Source: Bacteroidota bacterium (lineage in GTDB: Bacteria; Bacteroidota; Bacteroidia; Bacteroidales; VadinHA17). Taken from it: DNA of 64,000 nucleotides. Position 1 is the first letter of the stretch. Every line of letters starts with the position of its first letter. Positions 1 to 10,961 of this stretch are shown piece by piece. The notes under the pieces are model-generated. The model had not been told where the DNA came from and ran no database searches. It saw nothing but the letters and a program-made list of their open reading frames with translations. The position numbers were made by a program, and so were the translations under genes. The stretch lies in the NCBI GenBank assembly GCA_034659275.1, contig JAYEGY010000117.1, positions 42,809-106,808 of the forward strand, read 5' to 3'.

Positions 1-1206
1 CATGCCGAGAATCATACCCGTAAGGTCAACATCAACCAGCACAGACCTGTTTCCATTCCACCAGTCAAGGGCCAGCAATCCACTTTCACCGGGTTTAAGA
101 GAAGAAGCTTTTTCAGTTAGCAAGTCGTGAATATCCATGTTCATTTGCTTGGCTTCACTGAAATATGCCGGCGGAGTACAATTTTCCACAAACCACTGAA
201 AATGATCGCCAACACATGACTGACCGGCTTCATATCCGAAATAACCTTCTATTATTCCGTCCTCCACAACGCCGCACATGCCCGGAACCGTAAATTCTTT
301 ATCTCCCAGTACCATATGGCAGGTAGAAGTACCCACTATCATCAACATTTTACCCGGGGATGTAATACCTACAGCCGGCACAGACACATGCGCATCGACA
401 TTTGCCACGGCTACGGCTGTCCCTTCCTTAAGTCCGGTTAACTCAGCAGCACGGGAGTTTATCTCACCTGCTTTACTACCTACGGGGTAAAGATCTGTTG
501 ACAGTTTCTCATTTACCAGCTTGCCCAGTTCCGGGTCCAGAGCTCTGAAAAAGTCATCACCGGGATACCCATCATGCTTGTGCCACAGAGCTTTATACCC
601 TGCGGTGCAAGTATTTCGTTTTTCATTACCGGTTAGCTGCCATATAAGCCAGTCAGCCGCTTCAATAAACCTGTCAGCTTCTTTATATACTTCGGGTGCC
701 TCATTCAGTGTTTGCCATACTTTTGGCACCAGCCACTCTGAGGATATCTTACCTCCGTATCTTTGAAGAAATCTCTGCTCCATTTTGCCGGCAATCTCAT
801 TCAGCTTATTGGCTTCAGTTTGTGCTGCATGATGTTTCCACAGTTTAACCCATGCATTTGGTTCAGATGCAAAGCTGTCGATTTTACACAGAGGTTTACC
901 ATCGGCTTTCACCGGCATCACGGTACAGGCAGTGAAATCAATTCCAACACCTATTATCTGTCCGGGACTAATTCCTGATTTACGCAGTACACCCGGTATG
1001 GTTTCTGATAATACCTCCAGGTAATCATCAGGGTGTTGCAGGGCCCAATCGACACCAAGAGGCGTTCCGTCGGGAAGCTTGCTGTCCATCACCCCATGAG
1101 GATAATCATATACACTGCTGGATATTTCGTTACCATTCTCAACATCTATGAGCACCGAACGGCCCGATAATGTTCCAAAATCTATTCCTATAACATATTT
1201 GCTCAT
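1..1206 (-). CDS. araB: Ribulokinase (FGGY family), C-terminus cut by window edge
   Basis: Not in the ORF track because it runs off the window. My translation of the minus strand from the ATG at 1206-1204 gives [22 protein letters not shown]...[15 protein letters not shown]... and stays open to position 1. The sequence is ribulokinase-like and sits in the ara cluster. Confidence 0.88.
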   Translation of the reverse strand, partial: MSKYVIGIDFGTLSGRSVLIDVENGNEISSSVYDYPHGVMDSKLPDGTPLGVDWALQHPDDYLEVLSETIPGVLRKSGISPGQIIGVGIDFTACTVMPVKADGKPLCKIDSFASEPNAWVKLWKHHAAQTEANKLNEIAGKMEQRFLQRYGGKISSEWLVPKVWQTLNEAPEVYKEADRFIEAADWLIWQLTGNEKRNTCTAGYKALWHKHDGYPGDDFFRALDPELGKLVNEKLSTDLYPVGSKAGEINSRAAELTGLKEGTAVAVANVDAHVSVPAVGITSPGKMLMIVGTSTCHMVLGDKEFTVPGMCGVVEDGIIEGYFGYEAGQSCVGDHFQWFVENCTPPAYFSEAKQMNMDIHDLLTEKASSLKPGESGLLALDWWNGNRSVLVDVDLTGMILGM

Positions 1207-1244
1207 CCCTTAATACTTTTTATCCTTGCTTATATTATTTTCTT

Positions 1245-1946
1245 CTATTTTTTATCCTTATCCTTCTGCCCGTAATATGCATCTTTACCGTGCTTTCTTG
1301 TATAATGTTTATCGAGCAGATATTGATCTACTCTGTCATAACCGGCGAGGGAGTAAGTTAAAATGGCCATCCGGGCTATTTCTTCAAGTGCGATTGCATT
1401 ATAAACAGCCCCGGCGGCATTCTTTCCCCAGGCAAAAGGGCCATGATCATTCACTATTACCGCAGGCATTGCTTCTTCATCCAGTAACTTGAAAGTTTCG
1501 ACTATCACTTTTCCGGTATTCAGCTCGTAGTCATTCTTCACTTCCTGAGGTTCAAGTTTACGCGTACATGGCACATCACCGTAAAAATGATCAGCGTGAG
1601 TGGTCCCCATAGCAGGTATTGGCAAGCCGGCCTGTGCCCATGCTGTGGCATTTGTTGAATGAGTATGCACAATTCCCCCTATAAAGGGAAAATTCCTGTA
1701 TAGTTCAAGATGGGTGGAAGAATCGGAGGAAGGATTAAGATCTCCTTCAATTACCCTCTCCTCAAAATCCATAACCACCATGTCGTCAGCTGTCATCTCA
1801 TTATATGCCAGTCCCGAGGGTTTAATAACCATAAGCTGGTTTTCATAATCCAGGCCGCTAACATTCCCCCAGGTGTGTATGACGAGTCCCGATTTATAAA
1901 GATTAATATTTGCTTCAAGAACTTCTTCTCTCAGTTTTTTAAGCAT
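1245..1946 (-). CDS. araD: L-ribulose-5-phosphate 4-epimerase
   Basis: 233-aa ORF of the class II aldolase/epimerase family (…GGIVHTHSTNATAWAQAG…), located between araB and araA. Confidence 0.9.
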   Translation of the reverse strand: MLKKLREEVLEANINLYKSGLVIHTWGNVSGLDYENQLMVIKPSGLAYNEMTADDMVVMDFEERVIEGDLNPSSDSSTHLELYRNFPFIGGIVHTHSTNATAWAQAGLPIPAMGTTHADHFYGDVPCTRKLEPQEVKNDYELNTGKVIVETFKLLDEEAMPAVIVNDHGPFAWGKNAAGAVYNAIALEEIARMAILTYSLAGYDRVDQYLLDKHYTRKHGKDAYYGQKDKDKK

Positions 1947-2019
1947 TTTTATTATTTATTAAGTACAGAAATTTATGCTTGTGATTGTTGATTACGATTG
2001 ATTATATCAATGATCCCCT

Positions 2020-2724
2020 TTATTGGACGTCAAGGTTAAAGTAGAATCCCTGTCTTTTGAAATCTTCATACATGGAAGGGATAAACCTGTAATAATAAGC
2101 CCCTTTCTTCGAAGTTTCTTTCTCTTTCTCATCCAACTTTTCAAGCAGGTTCATAGAGATTATTTTTTTTCTGAAATTCCTCTTATCGATTTTTCTCTGG
2201 TAAATAGCTTCATAAAGCTCCTGCAGATGAACCAGGGTAAATTTTTCAGGCAGCAGTTCAAAACCAACCGGTTTAACCTTGATCCTGTCAATCAGTTCCT
2301 GATGTGCCCGTTCTACAATTTTTTTGTGATCAAAGATCAGTTTAGGCAAACGTGATATTGAACGCCAGTTAGCAGCATTTGCCTCTATCATCACCGGGTC
2401 GACCTCATGAGTTTTGATAAGTGCAAAATGTGAGATGGTTATCACTCTTCCACCTGAATCTCTATTAACATCACCCCAGGCATATGATTGCTCCATATAT
2501 ACATCTTTGAAGCCCGTAAGCTGGTATAAGACCCGGCAGGCAGCGTCCAGAACTCCTTCTTCTTTCTTGACAAAACCACCGGGGAGTGACCATTTGCCAT
2601 ACTCCGGTTTGAATTTTCTTTTTACCAGCAACAATTTTAATTCCTTATCCCAGATGTCATAGCCAAAAATAACACAATCTACTGCTACCAGGTTTTTATC
2701 TTGAACTGTATAATAACTAATCAT
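2020..2724 (-). CDS. Nudix-domain (NrtR-family) transcriptional regulator, AraR-like
   Basis: 234-aa ORF with an N-terminal Nudix fold (WSLPGGFVKKEEGVLDAACRVLYQLTG) and a C-terminal winged-helix-like region. It is embedded in the ara cluster, the arrangement described for Bacteroides AraR. Confidence 0.6.
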   Translation of the reverse strand: MISYYTVQDKNLVAVDCVIFGYDIWDKELKLLLVKRKFKPEYGKWSLPGGFVKKEEGVLDAACRVLYQLTGFKDVYMEQSYAWGDVNRDSGGRVITISHFALIKTHEVDPVMIEANAANWRSISRLPKLIFDHKKIVERAHQELIDRIKVKPVGFELLPEKFTLVHLQELYEAIYQRKIDKRNFRKKIISMNLLEKLDEKEKETSKKGAYYYRFIPSMYEDFKRQGFYFNLDVQ

Positions 2725-2759
2725 TTTTCACTTAGACTCTCAGTAACAACAGGAACAGA

Positions 2760-4256
2760 TTATTCCATTCCGGATGTAAAATGATAAAATAATTCATTCC
2801 AACGGAGCTCATTTCTTAATTTCTCTATCCTTACATCCCCGTCAATATCAACTGTTTCAACGCCAATCATTGAAGCGAAATCATGCAGATAGCGGCTGTC
2901 GATAGCAGTTGAAAAACCTGTATGATGAGCACCACCTGCAATTATCCAGGCAGTTGCGGCTGTTTTAAGATCGGGAGCAGGTTCCCAGAGCACACTGGCA
3001 ACAGGCAGCTTAGGCATATCAGGACATTCTATTATTCTTACCGGGTTAATTAAGAGGCGGAACCTGTTACCCAGGTCAATTATTGAAGCATTGATACCCT
3101 TATCGGGGCCAGCCTTAAATACCAGCCTGGCAGGATCCTCTTTACCTCCTATGGAAAGAGGGTGTATTTCAAGCCTGGGCTTTTCTTCGCTTATACTCGG
3201 ACATATCTCAAGCATATGTGCCCCAAGCACTGCATTTTTACCCGGCTCAAGATGGTAAGTATAGTCCTCCATAAATGATGTGCCCCCATCGAGGTCATGT
3301 GCCATGACCTTCATTGATCTGACAAGGGCAGATGTTTTCCAATCACCTTCGGCTCCGAAGCCATACCCTTCCGACATCAATCTCTGAACCGCCAGTCCCG
3401 GCAACTGGGGTAAGCCATGCAAGTCTTCAAAATTTGTAGTGAAAGCTTTGAAGCCACCCTGTGCCAGGAAATTCCTTAAGCCTCTTTCTATTCGTGCTGC
3501 ATTCTTTAAGAAGTCTGATGTTAGGATACTTTCGTCATTTATTACGTATAAATCGTAATATTCCTCTATCAGCTTATTTATGTCCTTATCTGAAACGGAA
3601 TCACATTCCCGTACAAGGTCACCCACACCGTATCCATGAACCGAATAATTCATCTGTATCTGGGCCGACACCTTATCACCCTCTGTAACTGCCACATCCC
3701 TCATGTTGTCACCAAATCGTGCAAGCCTCAGGGACCTGGTGTCGGCAAGTGCAACAGCTGCACGTGCCCATATGGCAATATCATCAATACATTCTTTATC
3801 TTTCCAGTGCCCTGTAACCACCTTTCTTTCCAGCCTCAGCCTGGAGCCGGCAAAACCAAATTCCCTGCCTCCGTGGGCTGACTGGTTCAGGTTCATAAAA
3901 TCCATGTCAATATCCTCCCACGGTATATCGCGGTTAAACTGGGTATGGAAATGCAATAAAGGTTTATTCAACAACTTCAGTCCATTAAGCCACATTTTAG
4001 CGGGTGAAAATGTATGCATCCAGGCAATAAGACCAATACAGTTATCATCGTGATTTGCCTCCGAGCATATTTTTGTTATCCCGGCCGCAGAAGTCAGGAC
4101 AGGCCTGAAGACTACCTTAACAGGTATGCCCGGATCCTTATCAAGAGAGCCTGCAATTACTTTCGAATCTTCTTTTACTTTGTTTAATGTTTCCTCACCA
4201 TACAGGTGTTGGCTGCCTGTGACAAACCATATTTCAGAATTATTATAAATATCCAT
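2760..4256 (-). CDS. araA: L-arabinose isomerase
   Basis: 498-aa ORF with typical AraA sequence (WFVTGSQHLYGEETL…, HTFSPAKMW, …EGDWKTSAL…). Confidence 0.95.
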   Translation of the reverse strand: MDIYNNSEIWFVTGSQHLYGEETLNKVKEDSKVIAGSLDKDPGIPVKVVFRPVLTSAAGITKICSEANHDDNCIGLIAWMHTFSPAKMWLNGLKLLNKPLLHFHTQFNRDIPWEDIDMDFMNLNQSAHGGREFGFAGSRLRLERKVVTGHWKDKECIDDIAIWARAAVALADTRSLRLARFGDNMRDVAVTEGDKVSAQIQMNYSVHGYGVGDLVRECDSVSDKDINKLIEEYYDLYVINDESILTSDFLKNAARIERGLRNFLAQGGFKAFTTNFEDLHGLPQLPGLAVQRLMSEGYGFGAEGDWKTSALVRSMKVMAHDLDGGTSFMEDYTYHLEPGKNAVLGAHMLEICPSISEEKPRLEIHPLSIGGKEDPARLVFKAGPDKGINASIIDLGNRFRLLINPVRIIECPDMPKLPVASVLWEPAPDLKTAATAWIIAGGAHHTGFSTAIDSRYLHDFASMIGVETVDIDGDVRIEKLRNELRWNELFYHFTSGME

Positions 4257-4273
4257 TAACCTTAAATTTTTTT

Positions 4274-5926
4274 CTACCAGAAATAAGCATAAAATAATAT
4301 AACTACAGTAATAATAATGGCTGAATTAACAAGGTCCCAGTTGGTCCAGCTTGCCCTTGTAATAGCTTTTTGCTCAGGACTTGCAGAACGGAGATAAAGT
4401 CCCCTGATTGATTCAGCATCTTTCTTTTTAGTGAATGAGCTTACGACCACCATTACTATTATTACAAGGAAGAAAAGAATAACCTCGTAATGATATACAT
4501 TTGTATCAACAAATATCCTGTACCAGATAGATTCAGGCACTATACTTTTTTCAAATACTTTGAATCCCAACTTAAGCATTCCCAGGCTAAAGCCGGTGAT
4601 AAGTCCTGTAAGGCCGGCCACCGGGGTAGTCTTCTTTGATAATACACCAAGCAAGAAAACGGCAGCTATACCCGGGGCAAGCATAGATTGTACTTCCTGC
4701 AAATACTCATATAACACATTCCCAAGGCCTCTCATTACAGGTATCCAGAGGACTCCCAGTACTACTACGACAGCAGTTGCAATCCTACCTACCACCACCA
4801 ATCGTCTCTCGGTGGCATCAGGTTTGAATTTCTTATAAAAATCCACGGTGAACAGGGTAGCCGATGAATTAAATAACGACGATAAGGAACTCATTAATGC
4901 CGCCAGAATACCACCCACCACTATTCCCTTAAATCCTATGGGTAACAATTCCGTTATGAGGGCAGGGAAGGCCGCATCAGAATTAGTCAGCTCCATTAAA
5001 CCTTTCTGGTTCAATGCAAAAGCTATCATTCCCGGGATCAAAAATATAAATACAGGTGTCAGTTTCAGGTAAGAGCCGAAAATGGCACCACGCCGTGATT
5101 GTCTCTGGTCTCTTCCCGAAAGCACTCTCTGAACAATGTACTGGTCGGTACACCAGTACCAGAAACCGATTATCGCCGACCCGAACAGTACTCCCGTCCA
5201 TGGAAACTCAGTATCTTTTGCTGATCGCACCAGTGATGTCATATCGTCCCCATACTCGTTTACCGGTACGGCACGGCATATCTCCATCATCTCATTCCAG
5301 CCACCCAGTTTCGTCAATCCCATAATAAGGATCACTATTGAACCAACCAATAATATCGGGGTTTGAACAACCGAGGTTGCCAGCACTGCTCTCATACCCC
5401 CAAGCACAGTGTATATGCCTGTAAGTATAACGAGCCCGACAGCACTTATCCAGAAAAAATCAATCCCGAACATTGATTCTATGCCAAAGACCTCTTTAAA
5501 CACGACCCCACCGGCATACACAGTCACCGCAACCTTCGTCAATACATAGCTTACAAGAGAAATAATGGATAGGATGGACCTGGACTGCGAATTGTATCTT
5601 TTTTCCAGGAATTCAGGCATCGTAAATACGCCGCTCCTGGCATAAAAAGGAACAAACAGCCAGCCAAGGATAAGAATCACCCAGGCATGTATCTCCCAGT
5701 GAGCCATTGCCATACCACTTGATGCCCCTGTGCCTGCAAGCCCAACAAGATGTTCAGAACCTATATTCGACGCAAATATGGAAGCACCTATAGCCAACCA
5801 TGTTGCATTACGTCCGGCAAGAAAATAATCGGATGAGGTTTCTTCCTTCTTTCTTACCACCCAAATAATTACACCAATTAAACCAAGACAAAACAACCCG
5901 AGTACGATCCAGTCAATTAATGTCAT
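4274..5926 (-). CDS. Sodium:solute (SSS/SGLT-type) symporter, probable pentose transporter
   Basis: 550-aa polytopic membrane ORF with an SSS-family N-terminus (DYFLAGRNATWLAIGASIFASNIGSEHLVGLAG). It is the first gene of the ara cluster. Confidence 0.85.
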   Translation of the reverse strand: MTLIDWIVLGLFCLGLIGVIIWVVRKKEETSSDYFLAGRNATWLAIGASIFASNIGSEHLVGLAGTGASSGMAMAHWEIHAWVILILGWLFVPFYARSGVFTMPEFLEKRYNSQSRSILSIISLVSYVLTKVAVTVYAGGVVFKEVFGIESMFGIDFFWISAVGLVILTGIYTVLGGMRAVLATSVVQTPILLVGSIVILIMGLTKLGGWNEMMEICRAVPVNEYGDDMTSLVRSAKDTEFPWTGVLFGSAIIGFWYWCTDQYIVQRVLSGRDQRQSRRGAIFGSYLKLTPVFIFLIPGMIAFALNQKGLMELTNSDAAFPALITELLPIGFKGIVVGGILAALMSSLSSLFNSSATLFTVDFYKKFKPDATERRLVVVGRIATAVVVVLGVLWIPVMRGLGNVLYEYLQEVQSMLAPGIAAVFLLGVLSKKTTPVAGLTGLITGFSLGMLKLGFKVFEKSIVPESIWYRIFVDTNVYHYEVILFFLVIIVMVVVSSFTKKKDAESIRGLYLRSASPEQKAITRASWTNWDLVNSAIIITVVILFYAYFW

Positions 5927-6127
5927 TTCATTTTAGAATTAGTTATTACAATTCAGGAAAAGCTGTACCCTGTATATATACCCCTACTGCAATACCCCTG
6001 TCTAATTGAGTGATGGTAACAGACTTTTATTTAATTTCAAAAATTTTATAACAAATATATAAAAAATATTTAATGTAAATTATACACTTAAATATATTTT
6101 TTTAAGGTACATATATTATCATAAATG

Positions 6128-6160
6128 AAAAAAAATCCCCCACGGTTTCCGAAGGGGATT
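6128..6160 (-). terminator. Intrinsic terminator after floA
   Basis: The minus strand reads aatcccc-ttcggaaaccgtg-ggggatt followed by T8. The outer stem is 7 bp with an inner cgg/ccg pairing, and the hairpin starts 18 nt after the floA stop. Confidence 0.65.
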
Positions 6161-6180
6161 ATTCGCGTTAATTCGTATTA
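6161..6180 (-). repeat. 2 x 10-bp tandem units (attcgcgtta attcgtatta) abutting and including the floA stop codon
   Basis: Read directly. The terminal 11-mer aattcgtatta is identical to the one at 40982-40992, which abuts the tlpA-like stop. Confidence 0.8.
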
Positions 6181-7152
6181 TTTCTTCTTATCGTCAGGCT
6201 TTGAGAGTGAATCCCTCATACTGGTATCAGCTTCAATATTTTTATACCTGTAATAATCCATCACACCAAGATTACCTTTTTCGAATGCTTCAGCGATAGC
6301 AAGTGGTACTTTCACTTCAGCTTCAATAACCTTGGCTCGTGCTTCCTGTGCTTTTGCTTTCATTTCCTGCTCCTGAGCCACGGCCATTGCCCTTCTTTCT
6401 TCGGCTTTAGCCTGGGCAATATTTTTATCAGCATTTGCCTGGTCCATTTGCAGTACAGCACCAATATTTTTACCGATATCAATATCTGCTATATCAATAG
6501 ATAATATTTCAAAAGCAGTACCTGCATCAAGACCTTTTTCCAGCACTACTTTTGAGATAAAATCAGGATTTTCAAGTACTTTTTTATGACTATCGGCTGA
6601 TCCTATGGAAGATACAATACCCTCACCCACTCGTGCCAGTACTGTTTCTTCTCCTGCCCCACCAACCAGTTGTCTGATATTTGCCCTGACCGTCACCCTG
6701 GCTTTGGCAATCAGCTGTATACCATCTTTAGCCACGGCCGTTACGGGTGGTGTATCTATCACCTTTGGGTTTACTGACATTTGCACGGCTTCAAAAACAT
6801 CCCTGCCAGCCAGGTCAATTGCCGTTGCCATATTGAAAGGAAGATCGATATTTGCTTTGGCTGCCGACACTAGTGCATGTACAACCTGAGCCACCCTTCC
6901 TCCTGCCAGGAAGTGTGCCTCCAGGTCATCCCTGTTCAGTTTCAATCCGGCTTTATCACCTTCAATCATTGCCACTACTATCACAGATGGCGGTACTTTA
7001 CGCCAGCGCATAAAAATAAGTTGAAGCAGTGATATCCTAACACCTGATACCAGGGCCTGGAACCATAATCCTATTGGTATAAGATAAAGTAAAAGCCAGA
7101 GAAGGATAATAACTCCAACAATAATTATAACATACATTGCTATTGGGTTCAT
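6178..7152 (-). CDS. floA: Flotillin-like protein FloA (SPFH/UPF0365 family)
   Basis: 324-aa ORF with an N-terminal TM segment, an SPFH-like core and a C-terminal Ala/Glu-rich coiled coil ([33 protein letters not shown]). Confidence 0.85.
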   Translation of the reverse strand: MNPIAMYVIIIVGVIILLWLLLYLIPIGLWFQALVSGVRISLLQLIFMRWRKVPPSVIVVAMIEGDKAGLKLNRDDLEAHFLAGGRVAQVVHALVSAAKANIDLPFNMATAIDLAGRDVFEAVQMSVNPKVIDTPPVTAVAKDGIQLIAKARVTVRANIRQLVGGAGEETVLARVGEGIVSSIGSADSHKKVLENPDFISKVVLEKGLDAGTAFEILSIDIADIDIGKNIGAVLQMDQANADKNIAQAKAEERRAMAVAQEQEMKAKAQEARAKVIEAEVKVPLAIAEAFEKGNLGVMDYYRYKNIEADTSMRDSLSKPDDKKK

Positions 7153-7153
7153 A

Positions 7154-7642
7154 CTATTGTGTGTTTATTGGTTTTACAATTATTTTGTTTGATTCTATTT
7201 TGACTATTTCAACTTCTGTATTCTGATCAATAAGTTTATCCATGGCTTTTGCCTCGTAATATTCATTGCCGATCATCACTTTACCCATAGGGTTAAGACG
7301 TGTGATAGATTTGCCTTTATCACCAACTTTTATCCTCCCCTCCTCCATTCTAACAAAATCCACTTTACCATCGATTGCTTTATTAAGCATCAATTTTTTC
7401 CATGTACCTGCTTTAAGCATAAAAACTGCCGTTAATCCTATCAGCACCGCAGTTGAGATCAGCACTATAAGACCTGTTGCCGGTCCTTCATAATAGAAGG
7501 CCATCACGACACCTGCAACAATACTTATTGCCCCGCCAATACCCGCTATGGTTATACCGGGTACAATAAGGAACTCAACTATGAAAAGAAAAATTCCCAG
7601 TATTATCAAAAAAATAATTATACCCAGTGATTCCATTCCCAA
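7154..7642 (-). CDS. NfeD-family membrane protein (short form)
   Basis: 162-aa ORF with several TM helices and a C-terminal OB-like domain ([14 protein letters not shown]…EVEIVKIE). There is a 1-nt gap to floA, the classic NfeD-SPFH pairing. Confidence 0.8.
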   Translation of the reverse strand: MGMESLGIIIFLIILGIFLFIVEFLIVPGITIAGIGGAISIVAGVVMAFYYEGPATGLIVLISTAVLIGLTAVFMLKAGTWKKLMLNKAIDGKVDFVRMEEGRIKVGDKGKSITRLNPMGKVMIGNEYYEAKAMDKLIDQNTEVEIVKIESNKIIVKPINTQ

Positions 7643-7909
7643 TTATTTTACTTCACAGGTAAGGTTCCGGTCAAGAAGTCCAGTCTGCATTGATAAAAGG
7701 ACCCTTTTCCTCCCGGACTTAATTTCACAACTGCCTTTATGATGGGCAATTAATGCACATTGTTCAGCCTGAACGGGGTCATGGTCACATATTTCAACCA
7801 ATGATTCAATTACATGGCCAAAAGTGTTGTAATCGTCATTAAATAAAATGAGTGTAGATTTGTAATTATCTTCGGCCCTTTTCTTATGTGCAAATGGCTT
7901 TTCTTTCAT
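7643..7909 (-). CDS. clpS: ATP-dependent Clp protease adaptor ClpS
   Basis: 88-aa ORF with a ClpS core (LILFNDDYNTFGHVIESLVEICDHDPVQAEQCALIAHHKGSCEIKSG). Its stop directly abuts the nfeD start. Confidence 0.85.
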   Translation of the reverse strand: MKEKPFAHKKRAEDNYKSTLILFNDDYNTFGHVIESLVEICDHDPVQAEQCALIAHHKGSCEIKSGRKRVLLSMQTGLLDRNLTCEVK

Positions 7910-7949
7910 TTTGGTTTTTTTTACACTGGTTTCTTAAGCCGTTTTGTTT

Positions 7950-9647
7950 TTATTTCTCAAAATACAATTCAAATAATTTCTTAGCCGTCTCAAGGGGAAT
8001 TTCTGTTGTCCCCAGGTAAGCCACCACTTTTGATTCTTTCAGGCCATTTCTGTACAAAAGATCTGCATAGGCGGCAGCACTTTCAAAAGTAAGAAATTTT
8101 CCAATTAAATACACATACTCATTATCGTCAGTTTCAAAAATATCATAACTCTTTTTATCGGCAAGTCTCTCAAGCAATTCAAGCTGATCATCCTCTACCT
8201 TCTTTTTCACTTTCATCACCTGCACCCTGTATACCAGGGTTGGGGGTTCTTGTGGTTCTGCTGTTTTCCGGCTAATTACGGTATCCTGTTTGAAAAGGCT
8301 GATATCTGACCATTGTTTTTCGAGCTGCTCTGCTTTTTCCATACTTATCCTGCTTCCATCCATCAATGCAAGAATAAAAGCATCGGTAAAGCCTTTTTTC
8401 TTAACTTTAACAAGGGCCCCTTCTGCATCCTCTTTTGACCTGAACATACCGGCATAGTAAAAATTTATATCTGAATTCTCATCCCTGTATATACTTATTG
8501 GCCCGAGACCTTTAAAGAATGATGCTTCCTTCGGATTTCTGAAAGCCGCCAGCTGAATCCTGTAAATGAAACCTTCGGGCAATTCCGGATTAACAGGTAT
8601 GTTTTTCTGTTGTCCGTACTCTTCACTGAACAATTCCAGGACCGGTGAAGGACGTTTTACTGTTTTGGCAATTGTATCAGCACTTATAGTGTCTGGCTCA
8701 ACCATGGATGTATCCGGTATTTCTTCCTCAGGTTCTTCGGGCATATCCTCTTTAATATTCCTTAAGGCAGGCAGCGTATTCTCATCATATTTTTCAGAGG
8801 CTAAGTCTGCTGCTTCCCTGTATTTCTGATCAGCTATCTTCTGATATTCAAATGCTGATTGTTCAAGAGATAATATTTTTGACCTCACCGATTGCCTGTC
8901 TGATTCTGACAATTCATTCAGTGCAGACCTGTACCTGTCGGCCAGCTTTAAAAGTGAATCAGCCCTGAATTGATATTCAAGTGCTTCTCTGGCAAGGATC
9001 TCATATTCATCACCCGGACCTTGTTCCTGTTCAACAGCAGTTTCCTCAGTATCCTGACCGGCAAGAGTATCCTTTTCCTGATAAGCTTGATAATCTTTCC
9101 GCTCCTGCTCCTGCCCTCTTTCAACTATTTCCGGCTTTTCATCCAGGATATCGCCAATACCCTTTTCACATTCTGAAATAAGTTTATCTATGTTCAGCGC
9201 CTTTATTTCCCTCCTGCGTGCATATTCTTTGTAAGTATCATAGGCATCAATGGCAAGGTCAAAATCACCTGCCAGTTGATATGCCCTTCCCAGGAAATAC
9301 CATGCTTTTGAAGGCACCTGCCGGATGGAAGATGAATTTATAATCGCCTCCCTGAGCAGTGTTTTTGCCATGTCAGGATTTTGCTTTAATTCAACCATGC
9401 AGGTTCCGGTATAATACTTGTACACCGGATCAGCGCTGAACCTTTCCGAGAGAGCTTTATAGTGCTTAAGTGCAGTAATATAATCTCCCTGATTAAATGC
9501 TCTCTCCGCAATATCCCTGTCAGGGATAAAATCAGGATCCTGTGCAAATGTAGTCTGGCAGTAAATGATTATTACAACTGCAAGCTGCAGTAATTTCCAA
9601 CTGCTCATTTTCAACTTAATCGGCTTCATAATTGTTGTTAATAACAA
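7950..9647 (-). CDS. TPR plus tandem SPOR-domain protein
   Basis: 565-aa ORF with a signal/TM N-terminus, TPR-like repeats, an acidic coiled linker and two SPOR-like C-terminal modules (YRIQLAAFRNPKEASFFKG…; YRVQVMKVKKKV…). Confidence 0.7.
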   Translation of the reverse strand: MLLTTIMKPIKLKMSSWKLLQLAVVIIIYCQTTFAQDPDFIPDRDIAERAFNQGDYITALKHYKALSERFSADPVYKYYTGTCMVELKQNPDMAKTLLREAIINSSSIRQVPSKAWYFLGRAYQLAGDFDLAIDAYDTYKEYARRREIKALNIDKLISECEKGIGDILDEKPEIVERGQEQERKDYQAYQEKDTLAGQDTEETAVEQEQGPGDEYEILAREALEYQFRADSLLKLADRYRSALNELSESDRQSVRSKILSLEQSAFEYQKIADQKYREAADLASEKYDENTLPALRNIKEDMPEEPEEEIPDTSMVEPDTISADTIAKTVKRPSPVLELFSEEYGQQKNIPVNPELPEGFIYRIQLAAFRNPKEASFFKGLGPISIYRDENSDINFYYAGMFRSKEDAEGALVKVKKKGFTDAFILALMDGSRISMEKAEQLEKQWSDISLFKQDTVISRKTAEPQEPPTLVYRVQVMKVKKKVEDDQLELLERLADKKSYDIFETDDNEYVYLIGKFLTFESAAAYADLLYRNGLKESKVVAYLGTTEIPLETAKKLFELYFEK

Positions 9648-9719
9648 TTACATATTTTTCTTTCAATATACGATTCAAACTTCGTAAATTTACATTTAAT
9701 ATAAAAATAATAAGTAATT

Positions 9720-9917
9720 ATGACAGAAATTAAGGAAGGCAAAGATCAAAATGGCAATGTAATCAGGTCGGACCAGAAATTTTCTGAAAAGCACGATTTG
9801 CCTTTTCCCCTTATATCTGATGATGAAAAAAAATTATGAGTGAATACTGAGCGTGTGGTGAAAAGAAAGGTAGATACCAGGGCACATGCTGAGCAGATAT
9901 ACAAATTATACGAATAA
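9720..9917 (+). pseudogene. bcp: Decayed thiol peroxidase (Bcp/peroxiredoxin) remnant
   Basis: A 39-codon ORF (…KFSEKHDLPFPLISDDEKKL*) is followed across frames by IMSEY, VW/GEKK and KVDTRAHAEQIYKLYE*. These match conserved Bcp blocks, but the CxxxxC active-site region is missing and the frame is broken. Total length is ~200 bp against the ~450 bp expected. Confidence 0.55.
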
Positions 9918-9944
9918 TAATACCAAACAATCTAAGTCTATAGT

Positions 9945-10958
9945 ATGAGTAACGAAAAGAAAGAAATGAACAAGGATAAGCTTAAAGCCCTGGAAATCAC
10001 AATGGGCAAAATTGAAAAGGATTTTGGTAAGGGCACCATAATGAAACTGGGAGACCAGGCCGTGCAGGATGTACGATCAATTAGCACCGGCTCCATAGGC
10101 CTTGATATGGCACTCGGCATAGGAGGTATACCCAGAGGAAGGGTTACTGAAATATACGGACCTGAAGCTTCAGGAAAAACAACACTGGCTATCCAGGTTA
10201 TTACTGAAGCACAGAAAGCCGGTGGCGTGGCAGCCATTGTTGATGCAGAACATGCCTTTGACCGCTTTTATGCAGAAAAGCTGGGCGTCGACATAGACAA
10301 CCTGTTAATATCGCAACCCGATAATGGTGAGCAGGCCCTCGAAATAACAGACCACCTGATACGCTCGGGTGCCCTTGATATTGTTGCCATTGATTCTGTT
10401 GCTGCCCTTACACCAAAGGCAGAAATTGAAGGTGAAATGGGTGATTCCAAAATGGGACTTCAGGCACGCCTTATGTCACAGGCACTACGTAAACTTACTG
10501 CCAATATCAGTAAAACACATACATGCTGTATATTCATTAACCAGCTGAGGGAAAAAATAGGTGTTATGTTCGGCAACCCTGAAACAACAACGGGTGGGAA
10601 TGCCCTTAAATTTTATGCATCAGTAAGACTGGACATCCGCAAAATAAGCCAGATAAAGGAAGGCGAAGAGGTAATAGGAAGCCGCACCAGGGTTAAAGTG
10701 GTTAAGAATAAAGTGGCTCCGCCATTCCGTAAAGCCGAATTCGATATTATGTACGGTGAAGGAATAAGCCGGACAGGTGAAATAATCGATATGGGCATAG
10801 AGCATAATATACTGTCCAAAAGCGGATCATGGTTCAGCTATGGTGATACCAAACTCGGACAGGGAAGGGAAGCAGTGAAACAAATATTGGCTGATAACCC
10901 TGAACTGCTGGAAGAACTTAGCCTTAAAATAAAAGAAGCGCTTAAACCCAAAACTTAA
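9945..10958 (+). CDS. recA: Recombinase RecA
   Basis: 337-aa ORF with Walker [12 protein letters not shown] and an unmistakable RecA sequence throughout. Confidence 0.97.
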   Translation: MSNEKKEMNKDKLKALEITMGKIEKDFGKGTIMKLGDQAVQDVRSISTGSIGLDMALGIGGIPRGRVTEIYGPEASGKTTLAIQVITEAQKAGGVAAIVDAEHAFDRFYAEKLGVDIDNLLISQPDNGEQALEITDHLIRSGALDIVAIDSVAALTPKAEIEGEMGDSKMGLQARLMSQALRKLTANISKTHTCCIFINQLREKIGVMFGNPETTTGGNALKFYASVRLDIRKISQIKEGEEVIGSRTRVKVVKNKVAPPFRKAEFDIMYGEGISRTGEIIDMGIEHNILSKSGSWFSYGDTKLGQGREAVKQILADNPELLEELSLKIKEALKPKT

Positions 10959-10961
10959 AAT

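Noticed and set aside
5972-5981. Perfect 10-bp palindrome gtatatatac upstream of the ara cluster, as an AraR operator, and TATATTTG (minus strand, 6052-6059) as a -7 promoter box
   Set aside because: Alternating AT palindromes arise easily in AT-rich spacers. I do not remember the AraR operator consensus well enough to claim a match, and no -33 element was seen at the right distance.
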